From IMG/VR virus record IMGVR_UViG_3300010361_000013, positions 1,168 through 65,167 of that record: 64,000 nt of DNA; one strand, written 5' to 3'. Positions 44,677-54,001 of the stretch are shown here, one piece after another. The notes under the pieces were generated by a model, which worked only from the letters and a program-made list of their open reading frames with translations, was not told the DNA's origin and ran no database searches. This DNA is from a virus (taxonomy: Duplodnaviria; Caudoviricetes). Positions within the stretch are counted from its first letter, which is position 1. The number at the start of each line of letters is the position of its first letter. The translations under genes were made by a program, and so were the position numbers.

Positions 44677-44889
44677 CTACCTCACAAAGTGCAACGTCGT
44701 GATCACGCCCAGCAGCAGCAAGGTCTGACCGAACATCCAGCGCACCACTTCGCTGCGGGCGCGCTCGATCTCCAGCTTCAGTTCCAGGCGCAATTCGGTG
44801 ATGGCTGCCTGAAGGTCTCCCCTCGTCGCTGTCTCGGTAGCTTCGCTCACGGCTTGCTGTGCTCCAGGATGCCTTGGTAGATGGCCCAT
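44677..44889 (-). CDS. Coiled-coil + C-terminal TM protein (DUF1640/CCDC90-like)
   Basis: ATRGDL..LKLEIERARSEVVRWMFGQTLLLLGVI. Confidence 0.55.
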   Translation of the reverse strand: MGHLPRHPGAQQAVSEATETATRGDLQAAITELRLELKLEIERARSEVVRWMFGQTLLLLGVITTLHFVR

Positions 44890-45443
44890 ACGGCGCGCGC
44901 GAGGGCGATGCCACGCTCTTTCGGGTCCATGTCGAGCGAGGGCAGCTCCTCATTGGCAAAGAACCAATACGCCTCGCCGAACTTTGGCCATGCAAAGCCG
45001 CCGCCGGGCGCCATGCGCTCCTTGCGCACGATGTCGGTGGCGTTGCGCATCGCGCAGTATGGCCGGTGCGAATTGAACAGGTGCTGCCACGCCAGACCGC
45101 ACTCGGCGGCGCTGCGCTGCAACACCTTCTGCTGATGATCAAAGTTGAAGCCAACGACGGTGTCGGCGTTTTCCAGCAGCGAGACAAACCGAGCCATCAC
45201 GACCTTTAGGTCGTCGCCGTGCTGTTCCGCGTAGTCGGGGACGATGCCGTGCGCGACGATGGCGTCGGGTTCCAGAACCCAGTCGGGGCGAGGCTTCACA
45301 ATCCAGCAGCCGCTGCCTGTGATTTGGTCGTTGTCCGTCTCGACCCAGCCAAGCCGCAGCATGTGCGGCTGGCAGGGGTCGTCGGGCAACTCACGATAGT
45401 TGTAACGGCCCGTGAGCGCGGTATCGACGACAAGGGTTCTCAT
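44847..45443 (-). CDS. DnaQ/DEDD exonuclease-fold protein with substituted catalytic residues
   Basis: VVDTALTG..QPHML.L..AHGI..DTVVGFNFDHQ..WPKFGEAY: DnaQ scaffold lacking the canonical E and D residues. Confidence 0.7.
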   Translation of the reverse strand: MRTLVVDTALTGRYNYRELPDDPCQPHMLRLGWVETDNDQITGSGCWIVKPRPDWVLEPDAIVAHGIVPDYAEQHGDDLKVVMARFVSLLENADTVVGFNFDHQQKVLQRSAAECGLAWQHLFNSHRPYCAMRNATDIVRKERMAPGGGFAWPKFGEAYWFFANEELPSLDMDPKERGIALARAVWAIYQGILEHSKP

Positions 45444-45652
45444 TGCTTCAGCTCCACATGCAGCGGCTGCTCGAACCGCACCGTTATCTCCTGCGGGCGT
45501 GGATGCCACACCGAGGCTAGAGCTATGACCAAGCCACCGAACACCGCTGCGGCGCCCAGTAATGCCGCCAACGCTTTCCACGGTTCCCAGCGGGCCGCCT
45601 GCTCGGCCGCCCGCAGTTGGGCAAGCAGTAGCCGGTCGGATATTTCGCTCAC
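45440..45652 (-). CDS. Small membrane protein
   Basis: EPWKALAALLGAAAVFGGLVIALA; GTG start coupled to the upstream stop. Confidence 0.55.
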   Translation of the reverse strand: MSEISDRLLLAQLRAAEQAARWEPWKALAALLGAAAVFGGLVIALASVWHPRPQEITVRFEQPLHVELKQ

Positions 45653-46107
45653 ACCAGCGCCTCCTTCTGTCGTTGCCGCCAGCGGCGGGTGGCATTTCGC
45701 TGACAAATGCGACAAGCCCTATGTGGCAACCTCCCGCCATCTGTCGTGGAGTGAATTGTGTTTGCTTCATTGTATGGATGTCCCTGCGGACAATGTGTCA
45801 CCGCAGCGTGGTAGGCCTTAGTGGCAATGCGGCTATTACCGCGCAGGGTATTTTCTCTGCTCGTTACTGCCTCCAGATGGTCCGGGTTGACGCAACATCT
45901 AACCCGGCACAGATGGTCTATTTGCAGACCGACAGGGATTGGCCCTTTGTGCAATTCATACATATAGCGATGCGCGTAGTGCAGTTTCCTGCGCCATCTC
46001 AACGTGGCGTAGCCAGTCTTTCGATTAACAGCGGCACTCCACAGCCAGCATCCGCTGTTGGGTTCGGGGATCACCTTGGCCATCAGGTGCTCTAGGTCCG
46101 TCATCAC
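45649..46107 (-). CDS. HNH endonuclease, paralogue of 44192-44674
   Basis: NSGCWLW..YAHRYMYELHKGPIP..IDHLCRVRCCVNPDHLEAV..THCPQGHPYNEAN. Confidence 0.9.
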   Translation of the reverse strand: MMTDLEHLMAKVIPEPNSGCWLWSAAVNRKTGYATLRWRRKLHYAHRYMYELHKGPIPVGLQIDHLCRVRCCVNPDHLEAVTSRENTLRGNSRIATKAYHAAVTHCPQGHPYNEANTIHSTTDGGRLPHRACRICQRNATRRWRQRQKEALV

Positions 46108-46871
46108 ACCACGCTCTTCTGCTCGACCACCGGCACTCCGGGAATGTCGCGGACGCGCTCGCTGCGCACAGCGAAGCCGATCCTGGTGCGATGAAAATCC
46201 AGGTAGGCCAATGGCGCCTTTCCAGCGGCAACAGCTTTCACCAAAGTGAGGAGATCGGCGTTCTCGAAATCTGGTACCCAGCGACTACGAAGACTGACCA
46301 CCACGCCTAGATCACCGCGCACCCGCGATAGTTCAGCAGCTGGCGCCTCTGCCAGGGCGGCTGCAGCCTCGGCTTCCTTCGCGACATCCATGGCGGCCTG
46401 GAGGTCGGCCTCGTCCATGGTCTCGACCGCATGGTCTTCAGCCAGGGCAGCCTCAGCCGCCAAGCGCTCAGCCTCCAGCCGTGCCTTCTCGCGACGCTCG
46501 GCTTCCAGTTTCACCGAATAGGCAGTGGCTTGGGAGCGCATGTGCGATTGGACACGCTCGACCGGCTCTGTGAGAGTGGCAAAGAAGCCGTCCACCGCCT
46601 TGCCGCCGGCAAGGAAGGGGGCCTTCTCCGCAGTGCGCTCATTGCCGCATTCCCGCAGGAATGCCCCCATGATGCCCTTACCACCGGCAAAGTCGCCCAC
46701 GCGACCTAGAACTTCCTCGTCTGGTATCCCGTTAGGATAGGCGGCAGAGAACCGGGCGGCGCCAGCCAAGATCTCGTCGCGACGGCGGATTAGGGCGGCG
46801 TGAGTGTCCTGCAGCCATTCCTGAACGGCGGCGGGGGCGGGGGCGATCGGGCGGTTGGTGAACTGGCTCAT
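46104..46871 (-). CDS. Helical phage protein (Gam/Gp157-like, function uncertain)
   Basis: RTAEKAPFLAGGKAVDGFF, long Ala/Glu coiled coil, RDIPGV C-terminus. Confidence 0.55.
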   Translation of the reverse strand: MSQFTNRPIAPAPAAVQEWLQDTHAALIRRRDEILAGAARFSAAYPNGIPDEEVLGRVGDFAGGKGIMGAFLRECGNERTAEKAPFLAGGKAVDGFFATLTEPVERVQSHMRSQATAYSVKLEAERREKARLEAERLAAEAALAEDHAVETMDEADLQAAMDVAKEAEAAAALAEAPAAELSRVRGDLGVVVSLRSRWVPDFENADLLTLVKAVAAGKAPLAYLDFHRTRIGFAVRSERVRDIPGVPVVEQKSVV

Positions 46872-46898
46872 GGGATACAAACTCCTGTGTAACGGTTA

Positions 46899-46925
46899 CT
46901 TAGGGCAACTAAGGGGGAAAGTCAA
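46899..46925 (-). promoter_or_regulatory. Sigma70-type promoter with CTTAG-N5-CTAAG operator
   Basis: - strand TTGACT...TAAGT then ACACAGGAG; palindrome at 46899-46913. Confidence 0.5.
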
Positions 46926-47300
46926 TTAGAACACGCTGCTGACCCGGACGTCATTAAGCCGGATCGGCTCGTCCGGATGACAGAGCGGGTGGTCTGGCTG
47001 GTGCTCGCGCGCCCAGGCCAGCAGCTTGAGCATATGCTGGTACTCTGCTTCGTCGATCAGCTCGCCGAACCAGATCACGCGCAACAGGTTCGAGTCGAAC
47101 GCCTGACCGTCCATCACCATGGTGACAACCAGATCCTCGTAAGCGTCGGCGGAGATGCCGACCCGCAGGCGATCGCCGCCATCGGTGACGAACACCATAC
47201 CGTCCTCCAGACTGACCAGGGCGGGCAGCCAGGGGCCACGGGCGACTCGGCGGTAGCGATAGAAGCCGGGGGTGATCTGGTCGATGCGGCGCGGGGTCAT
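46926..47300 (-). CDS. Hypothetical protein
   Basis: PGFYRYRRVARGPWLPA..IDEAEYQHML..WA..HQPDHP. Confidence 0.65.
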   Translation of the reverse strand: MTPRRIDQITPGFYRYRRVARGPWLPALVSLEDGMVFVTDGGDRLRVGISADAYEDLVVTMVMDGQAFDSNLLRVIWFGELIDEAEYQHMLKLLAWAREHQPDHPLCHPDEPIRLNDVRVSSVF

Positions 47301-47310
47301 TCAGAGCATC

Positions 47311-47571
47311 TCAATTGCAGGTGGTCGAGGCGTAGGGGCTACCGGGCGCTTGATACGTCGCGCAGTGCTGCTGCTGGCCGTCCGCCCCGTTGATCGTGGT
47401 GTTCGTCCAGGGGCTGCCGGGTGGGTGATAGGACGTCCCGGTCGAGCCGTCCGAGCCGTAGGAGTTCGTCCACGGACTGCCGGGTGCGTTGTACGAGTTC
47501 CACTGCGTCTGCGCGTTGGCGCCGACGCCGATGCTGCACAGCACAATCGCTGCGGCGAGGGTCTTGATCAT
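47311..47571 (-). CDS. Small secreted protein with three YxxPGSPW/Y repeats
   Basis: Signal peptide MIKTLAAAIVLCSIGVGANA; YNAPGSPW, YHPPGSPW, YQAPGSPY. Confidence 0.7.
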   Translation of the reverse strand: MIKTLAAAIVLCSIGVGANAQTQWNSYNAPGSPWTNSYGSDGSTGTSYHPPGSPWTNTTINGADGQQQHCATYQAPGSPYASTTCN

Positions 47572-47602
47572 GGGGTGGTCTCCTGGGGGTAATCGGTGGG
47601 CA

Positions 47603-48121
47603 TCACAGCTTCTTTCTGGCGAACGCCGCCGCTGCTGGGCTGAGATGCTTCAGCCCCACCTTGCGTGCGTTGCGGATCTTGCGGGCGACGTAGCGCTTGG
47701 CGCGTTCGGTCTCTTGGCGCGGCACCGGCACGCCGTGCCGACACAACGCCGCATGCGCCCACAACTCGGCTTCGTGTTCCTTGAGGTAGGACGGTATGCG
47801 GGCCTTGTAGTGCTTCAGCGCGACGTGCGCGCACTCATGGGCCACGATGTAGAGTTGCCGCCGGGTGCGGCCCTCTGGTGCCTCAATAACGGTTGGAGTC
47901 GTCCAGTTCACACGGCCCGTGAGCGACTTGCGGATGATGTGCCCAGTCACGCCAGCCTCGGCCTTGATGACCTCGGTGAGGGCGAGAAAGCGCTGCGTGG
48001 CAGCAGCGCGAGCGCGCTGTAGATCGTCGATCGCTTCGAGCCGCCGCTCCTCTTCTGGAGTGATCTCGTACTCGGGTGGGATCGCGAGCTTCCACGCGTC
48101 GTAGCCTGGGAGGTGGACCAT
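47603..48121 (-). CDS. Zincin-like metallopeptidase (HExxH...E)
   Basis: YIVAHECAHVAL..EHEAELWA. Confidence 0.7.
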   Translation of the reverse strand: MVHLPGYDAWKLAIPPEYEITPEEERRLEAIDDLQRARAAATQRFLALTEVIKAEAGVTGHIIRKSLTGRVNWTTPTVIEAPEGRTRRQLYIVAHECAHVALKHYKARIPSYLKEHEAELWAHAALCRHGVPVPRQETERAKRYVARKIRNARKVGLKHLSPAAAAFARKKL

Positions 48122-48309
48122 TACAACGCCTCCACGTTCTTGTTGAGCAGGAACAGCCGATCACGGCCCTTCAGCGGGTGATCTAGCCGCACCACTACGC
48201 CGCCCTTGCCGTCGCTGTTGGCGTGAATGACGGTGCCGGTGCGCCGGATCGGCAGCCAGGGCAGGCCGGCAGCGGTGATGATCCGCTGTCCCTCGGTGAA
48301 GGTCTTCAT
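48121..48309 (-). CDS. Small SH3/KOW-like hypothetical protein
   Basis: FTEGQRI..GTVI..VVVRLD. Confidence 0.5.
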   Translation of the reverse strand: MKTFTEGQRIITAAGLPWLPIRRTGTVIHANSDGKGGVVVRLDHPLKGRDRLFLLNKNVEAL

Positions 48310-48312
48310 CGC

Positions 48313-48546
48313 TCAGCCCTCCACCGTCAGGTGATGGCGCATCGCCTCCAGCTTGCCAGCGGCGCGGCTCAGATCGCCCATCGCCTTGAAGGCGTCGGCG
48401 AACGTTCCGGTGGTCTTGATCGGCGTCTTGGACAGCGATGCGATCGCTGCGTCGATCAGCGCGACGACGGCGTCGATATCGGCGGGCGCGCTCGCGATCG
48501 CGATGTCGCGGCGCATCTCGAGGAAGGTCTTGCTGGGAAAACTCAT
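48313..48546 (-). CDS. Hypothetical protein
   Basis: Strong RBS CAGGAG upstream. Confidence 0.6.
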   Translation of the reverse strand: MSFPSKTFLEMRRDIAIASAPADIDAVVALIDAAIASLSKTPIKTTGTFADAFKAMGDLSRAAGKLEAMRHHLTVEG

Positions 48547-48601
48547 GGGGTACTCCTGTGTCAGTGATTGACTTATAGCCCCTAAGGATTTACCCTGTCC
48601 A
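48547..48601 (-). promoter_or_regulatory. Promoter/operator/RBS cassette at a divergent junction
   Basis: - strand TGGACA-N17-CTATAAGT..ACACAGGAGTACCCC-ATG; CTTAT-N5-CTAAG at 48572-48586. Confidence 0.55.
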
Positions 48602-48608
48602 GCACGAA

Positions 48609-48881
48609 ATGCAGTTCGGAGTGAAAAATATGGGCAGACGAGCCACGAGCCCCGCTCGGGCCGCCGACCGGGAGTACGGCGAGTCCACCGCCGTCTGGGC
48701 CACCCGCGATTCGCGGGACATCCTGTACGAGATCGCGCATGCCGAGGAGCGTGCCGCCAAGATCGTGCTGCGGCGCGCGCTCGCCGCCTATGCCGAGGCT
48801 AGCCCAGATTATCAGCGGTGGCTCAGGGAGCAGCGGCAGACCAAGCAGGAAGCAAAGCAACCCGCCAAGGAAGCGGCATGA
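48609..48881 (+). CDS. Small putative DNA-binding regulator
   Basis: First gene of the divergent operon; ribbon-helix-helix-like pattern. Confidence 0.45.
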   Translation: MQFGVKNMGRRATSPARAADREYGESTAVWATRDSRDILYEIAHAEERAAKIVLRRALAAYAEASPDYQRWLREQRQTKQEAKQPAKEAA

Positions 48882-49069
48882 AGCGCATTCGCCCCAGCGC
48901 CACGGTCCACCAGCTTAAGGCGCCGCCAGCCATTCGGCTCTCGATCGCGGAGCAGCAGATGATCGCCCGCCGCCGCGCCGTAGTGGATCTGCCGACCGAG
49001 CAGCGAGATCTGGCGGAACTATGGGGACGGGTGCGTCAGCCGCCCAAGCGCAAGAGGGGGACCGCATGA
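48878..49069 (+). CDS. Hypothetical protein
   Basis: ATGA coupling on both sides. Confidence 0.5.
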   Translation: MKRIRPSATVHQLKAPPAIRLSIAEQQMIARRRAVVDLPTEQRDLAELWGRVRQPPKRKRGTA

Positions 49070-49320
49070 GCCAGAAGAAGCCATATGAGTTCTGCCAAGA
49101 GCCGCCCTCGCGGGAATGCGTCGATCTGCTCTACCGGCTGCTCGACGTCATCAATCCCGAGCTGCAAGGCACGAGCATGCGGGTCATCCAGGAGACGATC
49201 CTGAATGTCACCAGCGCCATCCTAGCGATCAGTGCGCACGACACAGAAGACCGGATTACGCTCTATCGGATGGCATCCGACTATTTCGCGATGCTCGCCA
49301 GCATGCGCGCCGATGCCTGA
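49066..49320 (+). CDS. Hypothetical protein
   Basis: ATGA coupling. Confidence 0.5.
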   Translation: MSQKKPYEFCQEPPSRECVDLLYRLLDVINPELQGTSMRVIQETILNVTSAILAISAHDTEDRITLYRMASDYFAMLASMRADA

Positions 49321-49858
49321 GCGCATCCTCGCCATCGATGTCGGGCGGGACGTTGGCTGGGCCACGGGCAGCTTGGGCGATCCGGCACCCGGTCAGTGGG
49401 GCACCATACGCCTGCCCGGCACCTCGGTGCGTGACATCGTGGGGGCCCGCATGGATCAGCTCGACGAATGGCTGGCCGAGAGCATGCACGCCTGGGGTAC
49501 GTCGGTCGTGGTCCTGGCGGAGCGGTTCCGCGCTCGGACCATGCGCGAGGCGTCGGCATCCTTGGCACTGGACGGGCTGGTGCGCATGCACGCCTACCGG
49601 CGTGAGTGCCGAATGCTGTGCCAGCCAGAAAACACCGTCCGCAAGGAAATGCTGGGCCGAGGCTCGGGCAAGTCGGATGAGATGAAGCGGCTGGCGATCA
49701 ACTGGTGCCACAATCACAGCCTGGAGGTCGGCAACGACCACGAGGCGGATGCCTGCGTCATGTGGGTCTGGGCCAACCGCGAGCTGCTGAAGACCGTAAT
49801 CCAGCCGATCACTTCTGAGCGGTCGCGCGACCGCCGACGAAGCCCAGCAGGGCCATGA
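49313..49858 (+). CDS. ruvC: RuvC-like Holliday junction resolvase
   Basis: ILAIDVG, VVLAE, VRKEMLGRG..K, NDHEADA. Confidence 0.85.
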   Translation: MPERILAIDVGRDVGWATGSLGDPAPGQWGTIRLPGTSVRDIVGARMDQLDEWLAESMHAWGTSVVVLAERFRARTMREASASLALDGLVRMHAYRRECRMLCQPENTVRKEMLGRGSGKSDEMKRLAINWCHNHSLEVGNDHEADACVMWVWANRELLKTVIQPITSERSRDRRRSPAGP

Positions 49859-50012
49859 AGACGTCCTCGATCATCTCGCGCACCGCGCCTTGCGGCGGGC
49901 AGGTGCGGCCGGTCATGACGCAGTTCACCGCGCCGACCAGTATGATTGCCAGGAATACTCCCAGGATAATGACGCCGACGATGATGACGAAGCGGATCAG
50001 ACGGCCGTTCAT
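49809..50012 (-). CDS. Two-TM small protein (holin-like candidate)
   Basis: LIRFVIIVGVIILGVFLAIILVG..VFMALLGFVGG. Confidence 0.45.
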   Translation of the reverse strand: MNGRLIRFVIIVGVIILGVFLAIILVGAVNCVMTGRTCPPQGAVREMIEDVFMALLGFVGGRATAQK

Positions 50013-50354
50013 CTCAAGGGAGCGCCAGCAGCAGCCACGCGCGCATCGCAACCTCTTGTGGTTGTGGGCGCCACAACTTAGCGCATCTTGTGGTGAATCA
50101 GAACGCAAGAAACTTGCGCAAGAAACCGGCGCGGCGCGGTTGAAGGGAGGGTGGATGCGGGCTTAGACCGACCGTTCGCCCTGACCAGAGGGCCGACATA
50201 GTTGCGGCGTCCGAGGAACCAGCTCGAACGCCGCGAAGAGCCAACCTGTGCGTAGGAAACACCAAGTGATGGCGCGCGACCACTTAGACGACGTTGTTGT
50301 TACCCGCAAGGGATATTTCCAAGACAACTTATCCACAAATGTCCGGGGGCGGCC

Positions 50355-52364
50355 ATGAGCGGTCGCCCAACCCAGGAAGAATGGATCGCGATCGGGCGCA
50401 AGCTTGGGTGGGGTAAGCCGCAGGAACGGCTGGAGCAGGGTGGCAGGCAGCTACGTTTCGGCGGCAACCGGCGCATCAGCGTCGATCTGACCAAAGGCGT
50501 CTACAACGAGCATGGCGGCAAGGGCGGCAGCTATGTCCAGGCCTATCGTGAGGCCTTCGGCGAGCGGCCAGGAGCCAACGGCGCCAACGGCAACGGCACG
50601 CATACCTCTACGCCGAAGGAAGAAGCCACCGGCTGGACGGAATGCATGATGCCGCCTCCCGCGACTGCCACGCGTCCGACCGCACATCAGCTGGAATGCA
50701 CAACCATCTACGAATACTTCAATCTCGATGAGAAGCTCCTCTATTACATTAAGAGAACAGATTACGTCTCTGATGGTAAAAGAAGAAAGCGGATTACGCC
50801 GCTGACCTATGGCTGGGCGACCGATAGACACGGACGCAGCTATCTGGGTTGGCACTACCTGCACCCTCCAGTCCCGCGCCCGCTCTACCGGCTGAATGTC
50901 CTGGCGCAGCTGCCCGAGGCGACCGTGCTCCTGTGCGAGGGGGAGAAAGCTGCGGAAGCGGCACAGCGGCTGTTCCTCGACCATGTCGGTATGGCGTGGT
51001 CCGGTGGGGTACCCGGTGCTGACAAGGCCGACCTAACGCCATTGGAGGGGCGCCGCGTCATCATCTGGCCCGATGCGGACGAGCCGGGGCGTAAGGCTCT
51101 TGGGACGCTGCGCAAGCTGCTGCCGAAAGCGGCCTGGATCAGCACCCATGACCTGGGGGACGAAGGCTACGACGCCGCCGATCTTGAGCTAGATCACGAT
51201 GTCAGTGATCCCAAGGAGTGGCTGAGGAAGCGCATCCGCGAGCCGACCGCCCATGAACTGCTGCCGATCTACTGGGAGGACCAGCGCGTCGCCGACTGGG
51301 CAGGACGCGTGGTGCCCGACATGGAGTGGATCGTCCCCGGCTGGATACCGGCGGAACAGCTGACCGGGTTGTACGGAGTCGGTGGCATCAACAAAACAGA
51401 CTTCTTGCTGCAATTGCTAATGGCGAAGAGCCGAGGCCTGCCGTTTATCGGGTTCCAGTTGGAGCCGTCACCTGTCTACGGGCTGTTTTGTGAGGATACC
51501 CGCGAACAGATCATCCGCCGGATTGACCGCATCGCGCTGCACTACGGGCTGACGCGGGCCGACTTTCCTGACCTCCACTTCGTCTCGCTGGTCGGCTACG
51601 ACGAACCAGAGCTGATGGTGCTGGACCAACGCCGGGATGATCCGGTCACCGAAGCGCTGCGCTATGTCGACCGGAAGGTGGTGGAGATAGGCGCTCGTCT
51701 CGTGACCCTCGATATGGGCGACCACTTCTTCGGTGGCGATGAGCTGCGCAAGCGGGACATCATCCGGTTCGTCCGCAAGCTCGACGGCGTCAGTGTCACC
51801 CGCAAGTTCGGCATGGTGATGTCACGCCATCCATCGCAACGCGGGCGCAAGGAGGGGGGCCGCCAAGAGAGTGGCAACAGCGGCTGGGAAGGCTGCATGC
51901 GTGCCAGGGTTGGGCTGGATATCGACCGCACCGAGAGCGAAGAGGGGGGTAACCCCTACCGTCCTGATCCGGTCGGCGAGGGACGTACGTTGATCCTATG
52001 GAAGTCCAATTACAGCAAGGCCGGGGTCACGCTGGATCTGATCTGTAAGAATGGGGTGTTCACCACGGCTGCGCTCGATCCCGAGAAAGCCCAGGCGCGC
52101 GGTGTGGGTGCCAGAGATGCCTGCAAGGCCAAGTTTATCGAGTTGTTGCGGAAGGCGACCGAGATGGGCAAGTCGGTCAACGACAGCGGTAGTCATCCCA
52201 GCACCTACGCGCCCGCACTATTTGCCTCACACCCGGATGGGAAGAATTTTTCTAAGGCGCAATATGTCCGCGCGCTGCAGGAATTGGAGGCCGAAGGATG
52301 CATCAAATATGAGCTCAAAAACGGCAGAAAGCGCATGATCGAAACGACAACCCAAGGTGGCTAA
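50355..52364 (+). CDS. Primase-helicase (TOPRIM + RepA/AAA_25)
   Basis: LLCEGEKAA, IIWPDADEPG, LYGVGGINKT (variant Walker A), VMSRHPS..ESGNSGWE. Confidence 0.85.
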   Translation: MSGRPTQEEWIAIGRKLGWGKPQERLEQGGRQLRFGGNRRISVDLTKGVYNEHGGKGGSYVQAYREAFGERPGANGANGNGTHTSTPKEEATGWTECMMPPPATATRPTAHQLECTTIYEYFNLDEKLLYYIKRTDYVSDGKRRKRITPLTYGWATDRHGRSYLGWHYLHPPVPRPLYRLNVLAQLPEATVLLCEGEKAAEAAQRLFLDHVGMAWSGGVPGADKADLTPLEGRRVIIWPDADEPGRKALGTLRKLLPKAAWISTHDLGDEGYDAADLELDHDVSDPKEWLRKRIREPTAHELLPIYWEDQRVADWAGRVVPDMEWIVPGWIPAEQLTGLYGVGGINKTDFLLQLLMAKSRGLPFIGFQLEPSPVYGLFCEDTREQIIRRIDRIALHYGLTRADFPDLHFVSLVGYDEPELMVLDQRRDDPVTEALRYVDRKVVEIGARLVTLDMGDHFFGGDELRKRDIIRFVRKLDGVSVTRKFGMVMSRHPSQRGRKEGGRQESGNSGWEGCMRARVGLDIDRTESEEGGNPYRPDPVGEGRTLILWKSNYSKAGVTLDLICKNGVFTTAALDPEKAQARGVGARDACKAKFIELLRKATEMGKSVNDSGSHPSTYAPALFASHPDGKNFSKAQYVRALQELEAEGCIKYELKNGRKRMIETTTQGG

Positions 52365-52562
52365 ATACCAATCTAGGGTAGCCAGATGGCGTGCTTTTTG
52401 TATATACCGTCGTGCCCAAGGTAACCTATTGAAAGGGTTCAAGAAAAAAAAACACATCGCGTGCCCCCTAATACCCCCTACACGGGGGCCGTGTGAAGCG
52501 GCCCCGTGTGGGTAGGCTGGAAGTCCGCGCATCCCACCCCTGTATATACAAGGAGACCCCCA

Positions 52563-52898
52563 ATGCTGATCCAATCCCACGACGTCCAGTTCGAGCAGGA
52601 TGCCCTCGTTTGTCCCCGTTGCGGCGGCACCAACCTGCATCACGTCAAGACCACAGTGTTCAGTCGAGCCGAAGATGCTCCCTCAACAATGGTGATCGCG
52701 ATCAATGAGCGCTCCGGGAGCCCCGTGCTCTGGGCTGGCGAGCAGCCATCGGATCACTGCAGCAACCCCTCGTCACGCCGGGGCGCCGTCGTTATCGCAT
52801 TCCGGTGCGAGGAGTGTGGCGATTACGATGTTCCCCACAGCATCCAGCTTTCGATCGTCCAGCACAAAGGTCAGACCCTCGTAAGCTGGTGGTATTGA
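52563..52898 (+). CDS. Zn-ribbon hypothetical protein
   Basis: CPRCGGTNLHH..SSRRGAVVIAFRCEEC..QHKGQT. Confidence 0.7.
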   Translation: MLIQSHDVQFEQDALVCPRCGGTNLHHVKTTVFSRAEDAPSTMVIAINERSGSPVLWAGEQPSDHCSNPSSRRGAVVIAFRCEECGDYDVPHSIQLSIVQHKGQTLVSWWY

Positions 52899-53137
52899 TG
52901 CCTGACCGCTGGAACCCACCCCGCCGCAGCCCTCAGGCGCCGCTACAGGGCGCCAAGCGTGCCGGGGCTGCTCAGATAGCCGCCGAGGTTCGGAGCCGCT
53001 CCTGCGTCGTCTGCGGCTCGCCACGGGCCCACTTCGGCTTCGGGCCGCCGCTAGTGCCCACGCTGGTCTGGGTCTGTCATGCCCACCGCGCCGACGTTGA
53101 CCCCGCCCAGGCCGAGCTTCCAGACTGGCTTCGGTGA
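52898..53137 (+). CDS. Small Cys/His protein
   Basis: CVVCG..HFGFG..WVCHAHR. Confidence 0.55.
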   Translation: MPDRWNPPRRSPQAPLQGAKRAGAAQIAAEVRSRSCVVCGSPRAHFGFGPPLVPTLVWVCHAHRADVDPAQAELPDWLR

Positions 53138-53158
53138 GCGTGCAGGGAGGCTGCCGCC

Positions 53159-53662
53159 ATGAGCTACTACGACCGGACGAACGTGGTTCACCTGGACGGC
53201 ACGCGGGTCTTCCACAAACCGGAGGACAGCCTTGCTGAGCGCGAGGTCGCTGCCGTGCTGGAGGTGGCGTGGAAGTGCCAACTCCGCCAGTTCGGGGCGC
53301 TGTCGGCACTCGACTGGTACGCGCTGCGCTTTGCCCGCATGATCGGCATTCTGGAACTGAAATCACGCACCCATGCGCTCGGCGACTATCCCACCGTCTT
53401 CCTGAACGTGCGCAAGTGGCTGGCGCTGCAGCTTGCCTCGGTTGGACTGGGCGTGCCAGCGATCTTCGTAGTGAAGTTCACCGATTGGGTCGCTTGGGCG
53501 CCGCTGGTGGAGATTGACGCCACAGCGGTGCGGGTTGGCGGCTGTCGCACGCTGGTCAAGTCGCGGAGCGACATCGAGCCGGTCATCGAGGTTCCCATCA
53601 CGCTGCTGCGCCCTCTGAAGCTGCTTCACGCCGAACCGACTGATGATGTTCTATTCGGCTGA
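53159..53662 (+). CDS. PD-(D/E)xK-type nuclease-like protein
   Basis: LDWYA...ILELKSR. Confidence 0.55.
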   Translation: MSYYDRTNVVHLDGTRVFHKPEDSLAEREVAAVLEVAWKCQLRQFGALSALDWYALRFARMIGILELKSRTHALGDYPTVFLNVRKWLALQLASVGLGVPAIFVVKFTDWVAWAPLVEIDATAVRVGGCRTLVKSRSDIEPVIEVPITLLRPLKLLHAEPTDDVLFG

Positions 53663-53676
53663 CATCCTCCTTTGAG

Positions 53677-53886
53677 ATGCGCCGCAAGCTGACCGATGAC
53701 GAGCTGCGCCGTGAGCTGCACCGCGCGCGGGTCGAGGCGTGGCGGCTGCGCCAGAAGCTGCGGCTGATCGAGCAGCCGCCCAAGCCGCTGATCGTCGCCC
53801 TGGACGGGCCGGTGCCGAAGCTGCCACGGGGGCGCGTGCGCTGGCGGTTCGTCCGGGGCCGCGACCCTAAGCTGCCGCTGGAATGA
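53677..53886 (+). CDS. Small basic hypothetical protein
   Basis: Open frame in operon context. Confidence 0.45.
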   Translation: MRRKLTDDELRRELHRARVEAWRLRQKLRLIEQPPKPLIVALDGPVPKLPRGRVRWRFVRGRDPKLPLE

Positions 53887-54001
53887 GTCGGTAGGTTTTA
53901 CACCATTCTTTATAGACAACGACCAAGACGCCAGAACCCTTTGTAATCATTCATAACGGTTTGCTGGCCTTAATCTTGCTTCAGCGCCTGCGCCAACACC
54001 C

